Part shown: in pieces, positions 1 to 10,305 of the stretch
How positions within the stretch are numbered: the stretch's first letter is position 1
Layout: the number at the start of each line of letters is the position of its first letter
The notes under the pieces: generated by a model
Told to the model about the DNA's origin: nothing
The model's input: only the letters and a program-made list of their open reading frames with translations
The model's database searches: none
Source of the DNA: Flavobacteriaceae bacterium
GTDB lineage: Bacteria; Bacteroidota; Bacteroidia; Flavobacteriales; Flavobacteriaceae
DNA: 64,000 nt
Assembly: GCA_027082925.1 (NCBI GenBank)
Contig: JALWTD010000013.1
Location: 96,349 to 160,348, forward strand
Reading direction: 5' to 3'
Made by a program: the position numbers and the translations under genes

Positions 1-1
1 T

Positions 2-2176
2 TTACTAGGATACGCATACTACAAACAAAACGATTATGAAAATGCCATTAATAATTTCAATAAAATTATTGGCGGAAATAATGCTGTTGCACAAAATGCT
101 TATTACCATTTAGCCGAATGTTACCTTAAACTAGATAAAAAGCAAGAAGCTCTCAACGCATTTAGAAACGCAGCGTATATGAAGTTTAAACCCGAAATAC
201 AAAAAGATGCTTGGTTAAACTACGCAAAGCTTAGTTACGAGATTGGAAATCCGTATAAAAGCGTTCCTGAAGTATTGCAAGAATACATTGAACTATACCC
301 TAAATCTAGTCATAAAGACGAAATAAACAAGCTCATTATTAGTGCTTATATTACTTCAAAAGATTTTAGTGGAGCTATTGGATATTTAGAAAACAAAAAA
401 AGTGAAAACGAAAAAGCAATGTTTCAAAAAGTAACTTTTTATAGAGGTGTAGAGCTTTTTAACGACCGAAAGTACCATGAAGCACTAGAAAACTTTGAAA
501 AATCTATAAACACACCTATTGATGCTTCTTTTAAAGCAAGAGCTACTTTTTGGAAAGCAGAGTGCAATTACCAATTAAGTCATTTTGGAGAAGCGCTGTC
601 TGATTTTAAAGCCTTTTTAAACAGTTCTGAAGCCGCTAATACTGAAGAAATTAAACATATAAACTACAACATTGCATATGCGTATTTTAAACAAAAAGAA
701 TACGATAAAGCCATAAACGCCTTCAAAAAATACATTGCCGATAATGCCGGTGATGAAATTAGAAAAAATGATAGTTATTTAAGAATTGCTGATGGGTATT
801 TCATTAATAGAAAGTATAAAAGTGCTATTAATTATTACAATAAAGCACTTGAATTAAATAAAATTGAAAGCGATTATGCTCAATTTCAAAAAGCAATTAG
901 TTACGGCCTAACCGGAAAAAACAATGTAAAAATTTTGGAACTAAATAATTTCTTATCAAAACATTTAAAATCTAAATATAATGATGACGCGTATTATGTT
1001 TTAGGAAATTCATACCTAAAAAAAGGTGATACAGAACTTGCTTTGGAGAGTTTTAACAACCTTATTTCTAAATTTAGAAGAAGTCCTCTTGTTTCAAAAG
1101 CAATGCTTAAAAAAGGCCTTATTTACTACAATACAGATAGAAATGAAGAAGCTCTTGAAACCTACCAGTACATTGTTTCTAAATACCCAAATACAGCCGT
1201 AGCAAAACAAGCTGTTAAAAGTGCTCGACAAATTTATGTAGATTTAGGTAGAGTTGATGAATATGCTTCGTGGGTGAAAAACCTTCATTTTATAAATGTT
1301 TCGGATGCCGAATTAGATAATGATATGTATGAGTCTGCCGAAAAGCAATATTTACAAAACAACCATAAAAAAGCCATTACCGGATTTACAAAATACTTGC
1401 AAAGTTTTAAAAACGGACTTCATGTGCTCCCGGCAAACTTTTATTTAGCACAATCGTTGTTTGCAACAAATCAACAAGCCATAGCTACTCCTTATTATAC
1501 GTTTATTACAAATCAACAGCAAAATGAATTTACAGAAACAGCACTGGCTAGATTGGCTATTATTTATCTTACAAAAGAAGACTGGGAAAAAGCCATTCCT
1601 GTATTGGCAAGGTTAGAAAGCGAAGCAAATACACCTCAAAATGTAACTTTTGCGCAATCTAATTTAATGAAAGGATACTATGCGACAAAAAAATACGATG
1701 AAGCTGTAAAATATGCCGAAACCGTATTACAAAATTCAAAAATAGAAAACCGTATAAAATCAGATGCGCACATTATTATTGCACGTTCTGCCATTAAAAC
1801 GAACAATGAAACTAAAGCTAGAGCTGCATATAAAAAAGTAGCAGAAATAGCTTCAGGAGAACCAAAAGCCGAAGCACTTTACTACAATGCTTATTTTGAA
1901 AATAAAGACGGAAGTTACAGAGTTTCTAACAAAATAATTCAAAAAATAGCTTCTGACTATGCTACTTATAAATACTGGGCCGCAAAAGGATTAATTGTAA
2001 TGGCAAACAATTTTTATGAGTTAAAAGATGCTTATCAAGCAACTTATATCTTAGAAAGTGTTATTCAAAACTTCAGCCAATTTGACGACCTTGTAAAAGA
2101 AGCAAAAGAAGTTCTTGCTAAAATTAAAAAGGAAGAAGCCAAAACAAACGAATCTATTCATACTGAAGAAAATTAA
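2..2176 (+). CDS. Large tetratricopeptide-repeat (TPR) protein, 5'-truncated by the window edge
   Basis: The frame is open from nt 2 (LLGYAYYKQNDYENAINNF...) into the listed ORF at 179. Repeated Y/A-rich TPR helices, e.g. YNIAYAYFKQKEYDKAINAF and AYYVLGNSYLKKGD. Confidence 0.85.
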   Translation, partial: LLGYAYYKQNDYENAINNFNKIIGGNNAVAQNAYYHLAECYLKLDKKQEALNAFRNAAYMKFKPEIQKDAWLNYAKLSYEIGNPYKSVPEVLQEYIELYPKSSHKDEINKLIISAYITSKDFSGAIGYLENKKSENEKAMFQKVTFYRGVELFNDRKYHEALENFEKSINTPIDASFKARATFWKAECNYQLSHFGEALSDFKAFLNSSEAANTEEIKHINYNIAYAYFKQKEYDKAINAFKKYIADNAGDEIRKNDSYLRIADGYFINRKYKSAINYYNKALELNKIESDYAQFQKAISYGLTGKNNVKILELNNFLSKHLKSKYNDDAYYVLGNSYLKKGDTELALESFNNLISKFRRSPLVSKAMLKKGLIYYNTDRNEEALETYQYIVSKYPNTAVAKQAVKSARQIYVDLGRVDEYASWVKNLHFINVSDAELDNDMYESAEKQYLQNNHKKAITGFTKYLQSFKNGLHVLPANFYLAQSLFATNQQAIATPYYTFITNQQQNEFTETALARLAIIYLTKEDWEKAIPVLARLESEANTPQNVTFAQSNLMKGYYATKKYDEAVKYAETVLQNSKIENRIKSDAHIIIARSAIKTNNETKARAAYKKVAEIASGEPKAEALYYNAYFENKDGSYRVSNKIIQKIASDYATYKYWAAKGLIVMANNFYELKDAYQATYILESVIQNFSQFDDLVKEAKEVLAKIKKEEAKTNESIHTEEN

Positions 2177-2223
2177 TTTTTCAATTGTAAAAAAGAATTA
2201 AAAAATTTAAAAACACATAAACA

Positions 2224-3954
2224 ATGCGAAAGCTATTTATAGTCACCATATTCATTATAACAACTACGAGTATTTTCTCTCAAGAAACAAAAAAAGACAC
2301 CTTGAGAACCGAAGAAATAACCGTAGTAAAACCGTATACTCCTACAATTTCAGATGCTTTTAAAGTAAGAACAAATCCTAGCACCGAAGAAGCTAGTACG
2401 TACAAAAAAGAAAACGTAAGCTACAGTATTTTCTCAATACCTGTTGCCTCTACATTTACTCCTTCAAAAGGGAAAGTTAAAGGACTTAAAAGAGCTCCTA
2501 GAGAACGTTTGTATCAAAATTATGTTTCGGGCGGATTTGGAAACTTTTCAAGTCCCATATTTGAAGGTTACGTACATACAAACAGTACTAGATACAACGA
2601 TTTTGGTGTTTTTATAAACCACCATTCTTCACAAGGAGGAATTAAAGATTTACTGCTTGATGATAGTTTTTCAAATACACGTATTGATGGATACTACAAA
2701 CAATTTGACCGAGATTTTAATTGGCAAGTAAACGCCGGACTACAACGAGATAGATACAATTATTACGGTTTACCTAGTAATGTTGTGTTTGACGATGCTG
2801 TGATTAATAACATAAACGAAAAACAAGTTTTTAAAAACATTTATGTAGGTGGAAAAATAAATTTCGAAGATTCGTTTTTTCAAGGAGCTACTGCAGAAAT
2901 CACCAACTTTACCGATGATTTTGATAGCAATGAAGTACGACTGCTTGTAAAACCTAAACTAGAATTTCCTATTTCTACCGAATTAATTAATGCCGAATTT
3001 TTAGTGGATTTAACGGCCGGAAAATTTAATCAAAACTACCTTACGTTAGACGATTTAAAATACAGTTTCTTAAACCTAGGATTCAATCCTAACTTTGAAG
3101 TATTAAGAGAAAATTTAACGGTAAACTTAGGTGCTAAACTGTACTATTCTAGCGATTTAGAAACTAAAAACACCAATTTTTACGCCTATCCAAATGTAAC
3201 AGCTTCTTACAAATTAATAGATGAAGTATTAACTATTGTTGCAGGAGTAACAGGAGATTTGGTTCAAAATACCTATCGAGAATTTACAAATCAAAATCCG
3301 TATGTTTCACCTACACTTAATATTTTACAAACCGACAAGCAATACAATGCCTTTGTAGGTGCAAAAGGAAAACTTGCTTCCAATATTGGTTATAATTTTA
3401 AAGTGAGTCATACAAATGAAAGAAACAAACCCTTCTTTATTCAAAATCAGACAAAAACAGATGGTACACTTGATGTTGCCTTTGCGTATGAAGCCGGAAA
3501 CTCTTTCAATGTAATTTATGACGATACCAAAACATTGCGTTTTCTAGGAGAAATAACCATTGATGCTTCTAAAGAATTTAATTTTGATGCTACTGTTGAA
3601 TATGCTAATTATACCACAAATACTTTGTTAGAAGCGTGGAATTTACCAACAATGACTGCAACTATTACCGCTAATTACCAAAATAAAAAATGGCTAGCCG
3701 GTGCTAAATTGTTCTATAGAGGAACAACAAAAGACCTGGTTATACCTTATGGCTTATTACCGGAAAACGGAAGCATTGTTAAAAACGAGTCGTATTTAGA
3801 TTTAAACTTAAACGGAGCTTACGTATTTACAAACAGGTTAACTGCCTTTGCCAAAATTAATAACGCATTGGGTAATAAATACCACACTTTTGTAAACTAC
3901 CAAGTTCAAACTTTACAAATTTTAGCAGGAATTACTTACAAGTTTGATTTATAA
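2224..3954 (+). CDS. Outer-membrane beta-barrel protein, TonB-dependent-receptor-like
   Basis: Sec signal peptide, alternating amphipathic strands, C-terminal ...NALGNKY...GITYKFDL barrel signature. Confidence 0.7.
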   Translation: MRKLFIVTIFIITTTSIFSQETKKDTLRTEEITVVKPYTPTISDAFKVRTNPSTEEASTYKKENVSYSIFSIPVASTFTPSKGKVKGLKRAPRERLYQNYVSGGFGNFSSPIFEGYVHTNSTRYNDFGVFINHHSSQGGIKDLLLDDSFSNTRIDGYYKQFDRDFNWQVNAGLQRDRYNYYGLPSNVVFDDAVINNINEKQVFKNIYVGGKINFEDSFFQGATAEITNFTDDFDSNEVRLLVKPKLEFPISTELINAEFLVDLTAGKFNQNYLTLDDLKYSFLNLGFNPNFEVLRENLTVNLGAKLYYSSDLETKNTNFYAYPNVTASYKLIDEVLTIVAGVTGDLVQNTYREFTNQNPYVSPTLNILQTDKQYNAFVGAKGKLASNIGYNFKVSHTNERNKPFFIQNQTKTDGTLDVAFAYEAGNSFNVIYDDTKTLRFLGEITIDASKEFNFDATVEYANYTTNTLLEAWNLPTMTATITANYQNKKWLAGAKLFYRGTTKDLVIPYGLLPENGSIVKNESYLDLNLNGAYVFTNRLTAFAKINNALGNKYHTFVNYQVQTLQILAGITYKFDL

Positions 3955-4013
3955 AATCAAACTTGTTTTCATTTTTTTTGTAGTTTTAAGCAATTTATTA
4001 AAACTACGCCCTT

Positions 4014-5417
4014 ATGAAGAAACTTTCGGTTGCTGCAGGATTGCTTATTATTCTTGCTTCATGCAACACTTCAAACGCTAAAATTGAAAATACAAATACT
4101 GTTAACAAAGCAGATTCTACAACCATTAAAAACATCTTTAATACGGCACTAACACAAGGTGCTTGTTACCAATGGCTAGATGTGCTATCTAACGATATTG
4201 GAGGCCGACTATCTGGCTCTCCAGAAGCTCAACAAGCAGTTGAATGGGGAAAAAATTTAATGACTCAATTAAAATTTGACAACGTATGGCTTCAACCGGT
4301 AATGGTTCCTCATTGGGTTCGAGGTGAAAAAGAAGAAGCGTACTTTACCGTTAACAATACTAAATACAATGTTCCTGTATGTGCCCTAGGTGGCTCTATA
4401 CCAACTCCTGAAAACGGAATTACAGGTGAAGTTGTTGAAGTAAAAAGTTTAGAAGAAGCTGAGCAATTAGGCGAAAAGTTAAAAGGAAAAATTGTTTTTT
4501 TTAACAGACCTTTTGACGATACACTCATTCAAACATTTAAAGCCTACGGAGGTTGTGTAGATCAAAGAGTTAACGGCGCTAAAATAACCGGAAAATTTGG
4601 TGTACTAGGCGTTATTGTACGGTCTATGACCAGTAGTATTGACGATTATCCGCACACTGGTGTTATGAGGTATGGCGATATTAGTGATGATGAAAAAGTA
4701 CCTGCTGCGGCTATTAGTACAAAAGCGGCCAATTTACTTAGCGAAAAATTAAAAGAAAACCCAAACCTTACTTTTTATTTTAAACAACGTTGTAAAACAC
4801 TTCCTGACGCTCCTTCTTTTAATGTTATTGGTGAAATTACAGGAACTAAATATCCAGAGAAATACATTACTGTAGGAGGACACCTAGATTCGTGGGATTT
4901 AGGAGATGGCGCGCATGACGATGGTGCTGGAATTGTACAATCTATTGAAGTGGTTCGATTGTTAAAACTAAATAACATTCAGCCTAAACACACTATAAGA
5001 GTTGTTTTATTTATGAATGAAGAAAACGGACTTCGTGGTGGAAAAAAATATGCTGAAGAGGCCAAACAAAAAAACGAAATACACATTGCTGCACTAGAAT
5101 CTGATGCCGGAGGACATACGCCTAGAGGTTTTAGCTTTAGTGCTACTAATAAAAATGCCGATTTATTTGTAAGCTGGAAACCTTTGTTAGCTCCATACGG
5201 ATTGTATCAAATTGAAAAAGGCGGTAGTGGCGCAGATATTGGACCCCTAAAATCTGAAACCATTTCACTATTTGGATACCGACCAGATTCTCAACGCTAT
5301 TTTGATTATCACCATACCGAAATAGATACTTTTGACAAAGTAAATAAACGAGAACTAGAGTTAGGAGCGGCATCTATGACTGCCCTTATATATTTATTAG
5401 ACAATTACCTAGATTAA
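4014..5417 (+). CDS. M28 family metallopeptidase (carboxypeptidase Q-like), lipoprotein
   Basis: Lipobox LAS-C, PA domain, Zn-ligand motifs GGHLDSWD, AHDDGAG, EENGLRG and YHHT. Confidence 0.85.
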   Translation: MKKLSVAAGLLIILASCNTSNAKIENTNTVNKADSTTIKNIFNTALTQGACYQWLDVLSNDIGGRLSGSPEAQQAVEWGKNLMTQLKFDNVWLQPVMVPHWVRGEKEEAYFTVNNTKYNVPVCALGGSIPTPENGITGEVVEVKSLEEAEQLGEKLKGKIVFFNRPFDDTLIQTFKAYGGCVDQRVNGAKITGKFGVLGVIVRSMTSSIDDYPHTGVMRYGDISDDEKVPAAAISTKAANLLSEKLKENPNLTFYFKQRCKTLPDAPSFNVIGEITGTKYPEKYITVGGHLDSWDLGDGAHDDGAGIVQSIEVVRLLKLNNIQPKHTIRVVLFMNEENGLRGGKKYAEEAKQKNEIHIAALESDAGGHTPRGFSFSATNKNADLFVSWKPLLAPYGLYQIEKGGSGADIGPLKSETISLFGYRPDSQRYFDYHHTEIDTFDKVNKRELELGAASMTALIYLLDNYLD

Positions 5418-5426
5418 TTTTTTAAA

Positions 5427-7046
5427 ATGAAACAAATAGCTTTTCTACTATTACTTACCATCGCTTTTTCTTGTAAAAGAAAAGAAACTGTTGACACTAT
5501 TGTAATAAACGCAAATGTATATACCGTAAATGCTAATTTTGACAAAGCTGAAGCCTTTGCCATAAAAAATGGAAAAATTGTCGATGTAGGCTCTTCTATT
5601 GAAATGCAATCAAAATATGCTGCAACATATATAAACGATGTCAAAGGAAAAACCATTGTACCCGGATTTATTGATGCGCATTGCCATTTCTTCGGATTGG
5701 GATTACAGCAGCAAAAAGTAGATTTAACAGGTACTAAAAGTTTTGATGAAGTTGTACAACGTATTGTTGATTTTCAAAAGCAAAAAAATGTAGCGTACAT
5801 AACCGGACGTGGATGGGATCAAAACGATTGGGATATCAAAACATTTCCAACCAAAGAGAAATTAGATAAGTTATTCCCAAACACTCCTATTGCTGTTCGT
5901 AGAATTGACGGTCATGCGTTATTGGCAAATCAAGCAGCCATAGATTTGGCAAAGGTAACCGTAGATACTCCTTTTTCAGGAGGCGAAATTCTTCAAAAAG
6001 ACGGAAAATTAACAGGTGTTTTTATTGATGCTCCAATGGAACTCATAGAAAAAACAATCCCTAAACCTTCTAAAAAAGAACAAATTCAAGCACTTCAAGA
6101 TGCTGAAAAAATTGCATTTTTTTACGGACTTACTACGGTTGATGATGCAGGTTTACCAAGAAACGTTATCGAGTTAATTGATAGCCTACAACAAGCCGGA
6201 ACTCTTAAAATTCGCATGTATACAATGGTTTCTGCTAACGATGCTAACATTGACTATTACCTTAAAAAAGGAATTTACAAAACCGACAAACTAAATGTTA
6301 GATCGTTTAAAATATATGCCGATGGCGCTCTTGGCTCTAGAGGTGCTACACTAAAAAAACCTTATAGCGATATGCACAACCATTATGGTGCTATGGTAAC
6401 ACCTATTAGTACCATAAAAAAATATGCTAAACAAATCGCTCAATCCGATTTTCAAATGAATACTCATGCCATTGGTGATTCTGCAAATTACGTAATGTTA
6501 AAAACATATAAAGAGGTGCTTCATAACCAAAAAAATAGACGTTGGCGTATTGAACATGCTCAAATTATAGACGTTAACGATTTTAATTATTTTAAAAACA
6601 TACTTCCTTCTGTACAACCTACACATGCAACATCTGATATGTATTGGGCCGAAGATAGACTTGGAGCTGAACGTATGAAAGGTGCCTATGCCTACAAAAC
6701 ATTGCTGAATAAATATGGTAGCATTGCGCTTGGAACTGATTTTCCTGTTGAAAAAGTGAGTCCGTTTTTAACCTTTTATGCGGCTGTAGCACGCAAAGAT
6801 TTAGCTCATTTTCCTGAAGGAGGGTTTCAAATAGAAGATGCTTTAACTAGAGAAGAAACATTAAAAGGAATGACTATTTGGGCTGCTTATTCTAATTTTG
6901 AAGAACAAGAAAAAGGAAGTATTGAAATTGGAAAATTTGCAGATTTTATTGTACTTAACAAAGATATTATGACCGTGGCTGTAGATGAAATTCCGAAGTT
7001 AAAAGTAGATGAAACATATTTAAATGGAAAACGTGTTAAACATTAA
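5427..7046 (+). CDS. Amidohydrolase (amidohydro_3/YtcJ-like), lipoprotein
   Basis: Lipobox AFS-C. Motifs PGFIDAHCH, HAIGD, RIEHAQ and GTDFPVE. Confidence 0.85.
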   Translation: MKQIAFLLLLTIAFSCKRKETVDTIVINANVYTVNANFDKAEAFAIKNGKIVDVGSSIEMQSKYAATYINDVKGKTIVPGFIDAHCHFFGLGLQQQKVDLTGTKSFDEVVQRIVDFQKQKNVAYITGRGWDQNDWDIKTFPTKEKLDKLFPNTPIAVRRIDGHALLANQAAIDLAKVTVDTPFSGGEILQKDGKLTGVFIDAPMELIEKTIPKPSKKEQIQALQDAEKIAFFYGLTTVDDAGLPRNVIELIDSLQQAGTLKIRMYTMVSANDANIDYYLKKGIYKTDKLNVRSFKIYADGALGSRGATLKKPYSDMHNHYGAMVTPISTIKKYAKQIAQSDFQMNTHAIGDSANYVMLKTYKEVLHNQKNRRWRIEHAQIIDVNDFNYFKNILPSVQPTHATSDMYWAEDRLGAERMKGAYAYKTLLNKYGSIALGTDFPVEKVSPFLTFYAAVARKDLAHFPEGGFQIEDALTREETLKGMTIWAAYSNFEEQEKGSIEIGKFADFIVLNKDIMTVAVDEIPKLKVDETYLNGKRVKH

Positions 7047-7722
7047 AAAAGCCCTCATACTATGCGTTATAGCAATTCTTTTTTCAATAAATGGCATTGC
7101 TCAAAAGCTACATAAAGGGTTTTCTTACGTAAAAGAAGAAATACCTACAATTGTATTGGAATTGCGCTACGCAAGCAATCATAATTTTATTGGAAAACCT
7201 ATTGATGGTTATTTAAAACCCGTTGCCATTCTGTCTTCAAATGCAGTTGAAGCACTTAAAAAAGTACAAGCCGAATTGGCTAAAAAACAACTGGGTTTAA
7301 AAATATACGATGCATACAGACCGCAAACGGCCGTTAATCACTTTATGCGTTGGGCATTAGACTTAAACGACACCATTAATAAGGCTGAATTTTATCCCAA
7401 TGTTGATAAAAAAAATCTATTTAAAGACGGATATATTGCATCTCGCTCAGGACATAGTCGAGGGAGCACAATTGACATTACCATTGTAAATTTAGCATCT
7501 TCTAACAAAGAAGAATTAGATATGGGCAGTCCTTACGATTTTTTTGGAGAAAAATCTTGGATACAATACCCTAAGTTAACCGCTAAACAACGAGAAAATC
7601 GCGAGTTGTTACAACGTGTTATGAAAAAGTATAACTTTGCCAATTATCCGAAAGAATGGTGGCATTTTACATTAAAAAACGAACCGTTTACAGAAACTTA
7701 TTTTGACTTTCCGATTGAATAA
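7024..7722 (+). CDS. ddpX: M15D D-alanyl-D-alanine dipeptidase (VanX/DdpX-like) with signal peptide
   Basis: Motifs YDAYRPQ, SGHSRGSTID (SxHxxGxxxD) and EWWHF. Hydrophobic N-terminal signal ending GIA-Q. Confidence 0.85.
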   Translation: MENVLNIKKALILCVIAILFSINGIAQKLHKGFSYVKEEIPTIVLELRYASNHNFIGKPIDGYLKPVAILSSNAVEALKKVQAELAKKQLGLKIYDAYRPQTAVNHFMRWALDLNDTINKAEFYPNVDKKNLFKDGYIASRSGHSRGSTIDITIVNLASSNKEELDMGSPYDFFGEKSWIQYPKLTAKQRENRELLQRVMKKYNFANYPKEWWHFTLKNEPFTETYFDFPIE

Positions 7723-7723
7723 C

Positions 7724-8485
7724 TTAACGTATTTTTTTTACAAACGATGCAATTCCGGATACTCCAAACGTATCTAAATGTTTTACAAATGCCGAACCTA
7801 TAATAGCTCCTTTTGCGTAAGTAGTAGCTTGTTTAAATGTTTCAGAATTTGAAATACCAAAGCCTACAATTTGAGGCGATTTTAAATTGAGGTTTGCAAT
7901 CCTTTCAAAATAGCTGCTTTGTATGTTTCCAAATGTATTTTTTGCTCCGGTAACACTTGCCGAACTTACCATGTATATAAATCCGTTAGAAATTTCATCA
8001 ATAAAACGAATGCGTTTTTCAGATGTTTGAGGAGTAATTAAAAACACATTTATTAATCCGTATTTTTCAAAAATAGCCTTGTACTCATTGTGGTATTCTT
8101 GCACCGGCAAATCGGGAATAATAAGTCCGTCTATTCCAATCTCAGCGCATTTTTTACAAAATTTGGTAACACCGTATTGCATTATTGGGTTAAAGTACCC
8201 CATAATAATGAGCGGAATAGCTACTTTTTTTCTGATATCTTTTAATTGTTCAAATAAAATAGCAGTGGTCATTCCATTTTTTAGTGCTTTTGTAGAACTT
8301 GCTTGTATTGTTGGTCCATCGGCTAAAGGATCACTAAAAGGCAAGCCTATCTCTACAAAATCAACACCGCTAGCTTCTAGCGCTTCAATAACAGAAACCG
8401 TATCGTTTAACGATGGAAATCCTGCCGTAAAATATATAGATAAAAGCTTTTTAGACGCTTGTAATTTTTCATTTATTCTATTCAT
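7724..8485 (-). CDS. trpA: Tryptophan synthase alpha chain
   Basis: YFTAGFP, EIGLPFSDPLADGPTIQ; last gene of the trp operon. Confidence 0.97.
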   Translation of the reverse strand: MNRINEKLQASKKLLSIYFTAGFPSLNDTVSVIEALEASGVDFVEIGLPFSDPLADGPTIQASSTKALKNGMTTAILFEQLKDIRKKVAIPLIIMGYFNPIMQYGVTKFCKKCAEIGIDGLIIPDLPVQEYHNEYKAIFEKYGLINVFLITPQTSEKRIRFIDEISNGFIYMVSSASVTGAKNTFGNIQSSYFERIANLNLKSPQIVGFGISNSETFKQATTYAKGAIIGSAFVKHLDTFGVSGIASFVKKIR

Positions 8486-8508
8486 CTTCTCTCTTGTTTA
8501 AAAAATAA

Positions 8509-9690
8509 TTAAAACTCAAAGTAATTGATATACGTATTTAAATCTTTATCGCCTCTTCCCGATAAGTTTAGCACTACAACATCTGTACTTTTAAATTTTT
8601 TAGTGTTAAAAACAGCCAATGCATGTGAACTTTCTATGGCAGGAATAATGCCTTCCAATTTACATAATTCGAGACCGGCTTTCATTGCTTCATCATCGGT
8701 AATGGAAATAAACTCTGCTCTTTTAGACTGACAAAGGTGCGCGTGCAAAGGACCAACTCCAGGATAATCTAATCCTGCAGAAATAGAATAAGGTTCTGTT
8801 ATTTGCCCATCTTCTGTTTGCATTAACAATGTTCTACTTCCGTGAATAATTCCTTCCTTACCTAACACACTTGTCGCTGCACTTTGTCCTGAATGAATAC
8901 CTAATCCGGCAGCTTCTACCGCAATCAATTTTACATTATCGTTATCTAAATAGTGGTAAAATGCTCCGGCGGCATTACTTCCTCCTCCAACGCAGGCAAT
9001 CACATAATCAGGATTTTCTGTTCCCTCTTTTTCCTGTAACTGTTTTTTTATTTCTTCAGAAATAATTGCTTGAAAACGAGCTACCATATCAGGATACGGA
9101 TGAGGGCCTACAACCGAGCCAATGATGTAATGCGTATCAACCGGATTGTTAATCCAATCTCTAATTGCTTCATTGGTAGCATCTTTTAGTGTTCTACTTC
9201 CCGAAAGTGCAGGAATTACTTTAGCCCCAAGCATTTTCATTCTTGCTACATTGGGAGCTTGTCTGGCAATATCTACTTCGCCCATATACACAATACACTC
9301 TATACCCATTAACGCGCAAACCGTTGCGGTAGCAACACCGTGTTGACCGGCACCTGTTTCGGCAATAATGCGATTTTTTCCCAGCTTTTTTGCCATTAAA
9401 ATTTGACCAATGGTATTGTTAATTTTATGTGCTCCGGTATGGTTTAAATCTTCGCGTTTTAAATATATTTTTGTTTGGTATTTTTTAGACAATCGTTTGG
9501 CAAAATACAAAGGTGTTGGACGCCCAACATAATCTTTTAACAAGTCTTTAAACTCCTTTTGAAAAGAAGTTTCTTGCATAATTGTTAAATATTTTTGTGC
9601 CAACTCTTCTACATTTGGATATAACATTTCTGGAATGTACGCACCTCCAAAATTTCCGTAATACCCTTGTTTATCAACAAAATAACTCAT
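8509..9690 (-). CDS. trpB: Tryptophan synthase beta chain
   Basis: PLP motif [35 protein letters not shown]. Confidence 0.98.
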   Translation of the reverse strand: MSYFVDKQGYYGNFGGAYIPEMLYPNVEELAQKYLTIMQETSFQKEFKDLLKDYVGRPTPLYFAKRLSKKYQTKIYLKREDLNHTGAHKINNTIGQILMAKKLGKNRIIAETGAGQHGVATATVCALMGIECIVYMGEVDIARQAPNVARMKMLGAKVIPALSGSRTLKDATNEAIRDWINNPVDTHYIIGSVVGPHPYPDMVARFQAIISEEIKKQLQEKEGTENPDYVIACVGGGSNAAGAFYHYLDNDNVKLIAVEAAGLGIHSGQSAATSVLGKEGIIHGSRTLLMQTEDGQITEPYSISAGLDYPGVGPLHAHLCQSKRAEFISITDDEAMKAGLELCKLEGIIPAIESSHALAVFNTKKFKSTDVVVLNLSGRGDKDLNTYINYFEF

Positions 9691-10304
9691 AATAAGTTGT
9701 TTTTAAATTCTTTAATATCATTTATATTTTTTAATGCTGGTGCTATTTCAAAACCGCTATTTATATCAACTCCAACAAAAGCAGGATGATGTAGTTTGTT
9801 AATCTCTTCGACATCTGTTTTTGTAATTCCTCCACTTAACAAAAAAGGAGTGTTTTTTTTATACTTCTGAAGCACTTCCCAATTAAACTTCACTCCGTTT
9901 CCTCCGTATTGTTTTCCTTTAGTATCAAACAAAAAATAGTGACAATAAGGAAGGTATTGATTTGTATCCTCAAAATCAAAATTTTCATCAACCGAAAAAG
10001 CTTTTATTAGTTGAATCTCTGACTTGTAAAAATCTTGTAATCTCTTACAATATGCAGCAGTTTCATCTCCGTGTAGTTGCACCACATTTAATCGATGTTT
10101 TTTTACAATTTGAATGATTTCTTCAATACTTTGATTGACAAAAACACCTACTTTTTTGGTTTCTTTTGGAAATTTTACCTGTGAAAATTGTGCAACAAAC
10201 CGCTTTGACTTGTTGTAAAAAATAAACCCAATAAAATCTGGTTTTAAAGCCAACAGACTTAAAACGTTATCAGGATTTCGCATTCCACATACTTTTAGTA
10301 ACAT
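9687..10304 (-). CDS. trpF: Phosphoribosylanthranilate isomerase
   Basis: [28 protein letters not shown]; position in the operon. Confidence 0.95.
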   Translation of the reverse strand: MLLKVCGMRNPDNVLSLLALKPDFIGFIFYNKSKRFVAQFSQVKFPKETKKVGVFVNQSIEEIIQIVKKHRLNVVQLHGDETAAYCKRLQDFYKSEIQLIKAFSVDENFDFEDTNQYLPYCHYFLFDTKGKQYGGNGVKFNWEVLQKYKKNTPFLLSGGITKTDVEEINKLHHPAFVGVDINSGFEIAPALKNINDIKEFKNNLL

Positions 10305-10305
10305 G

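Noticed and set aside
7024-7722. VanX homologue as a vancomycin-resistance determinant
   Set aside because: No vanA/vanH/vanRS is nearby, the host is Gram-negative, and the protein appears to be exported.
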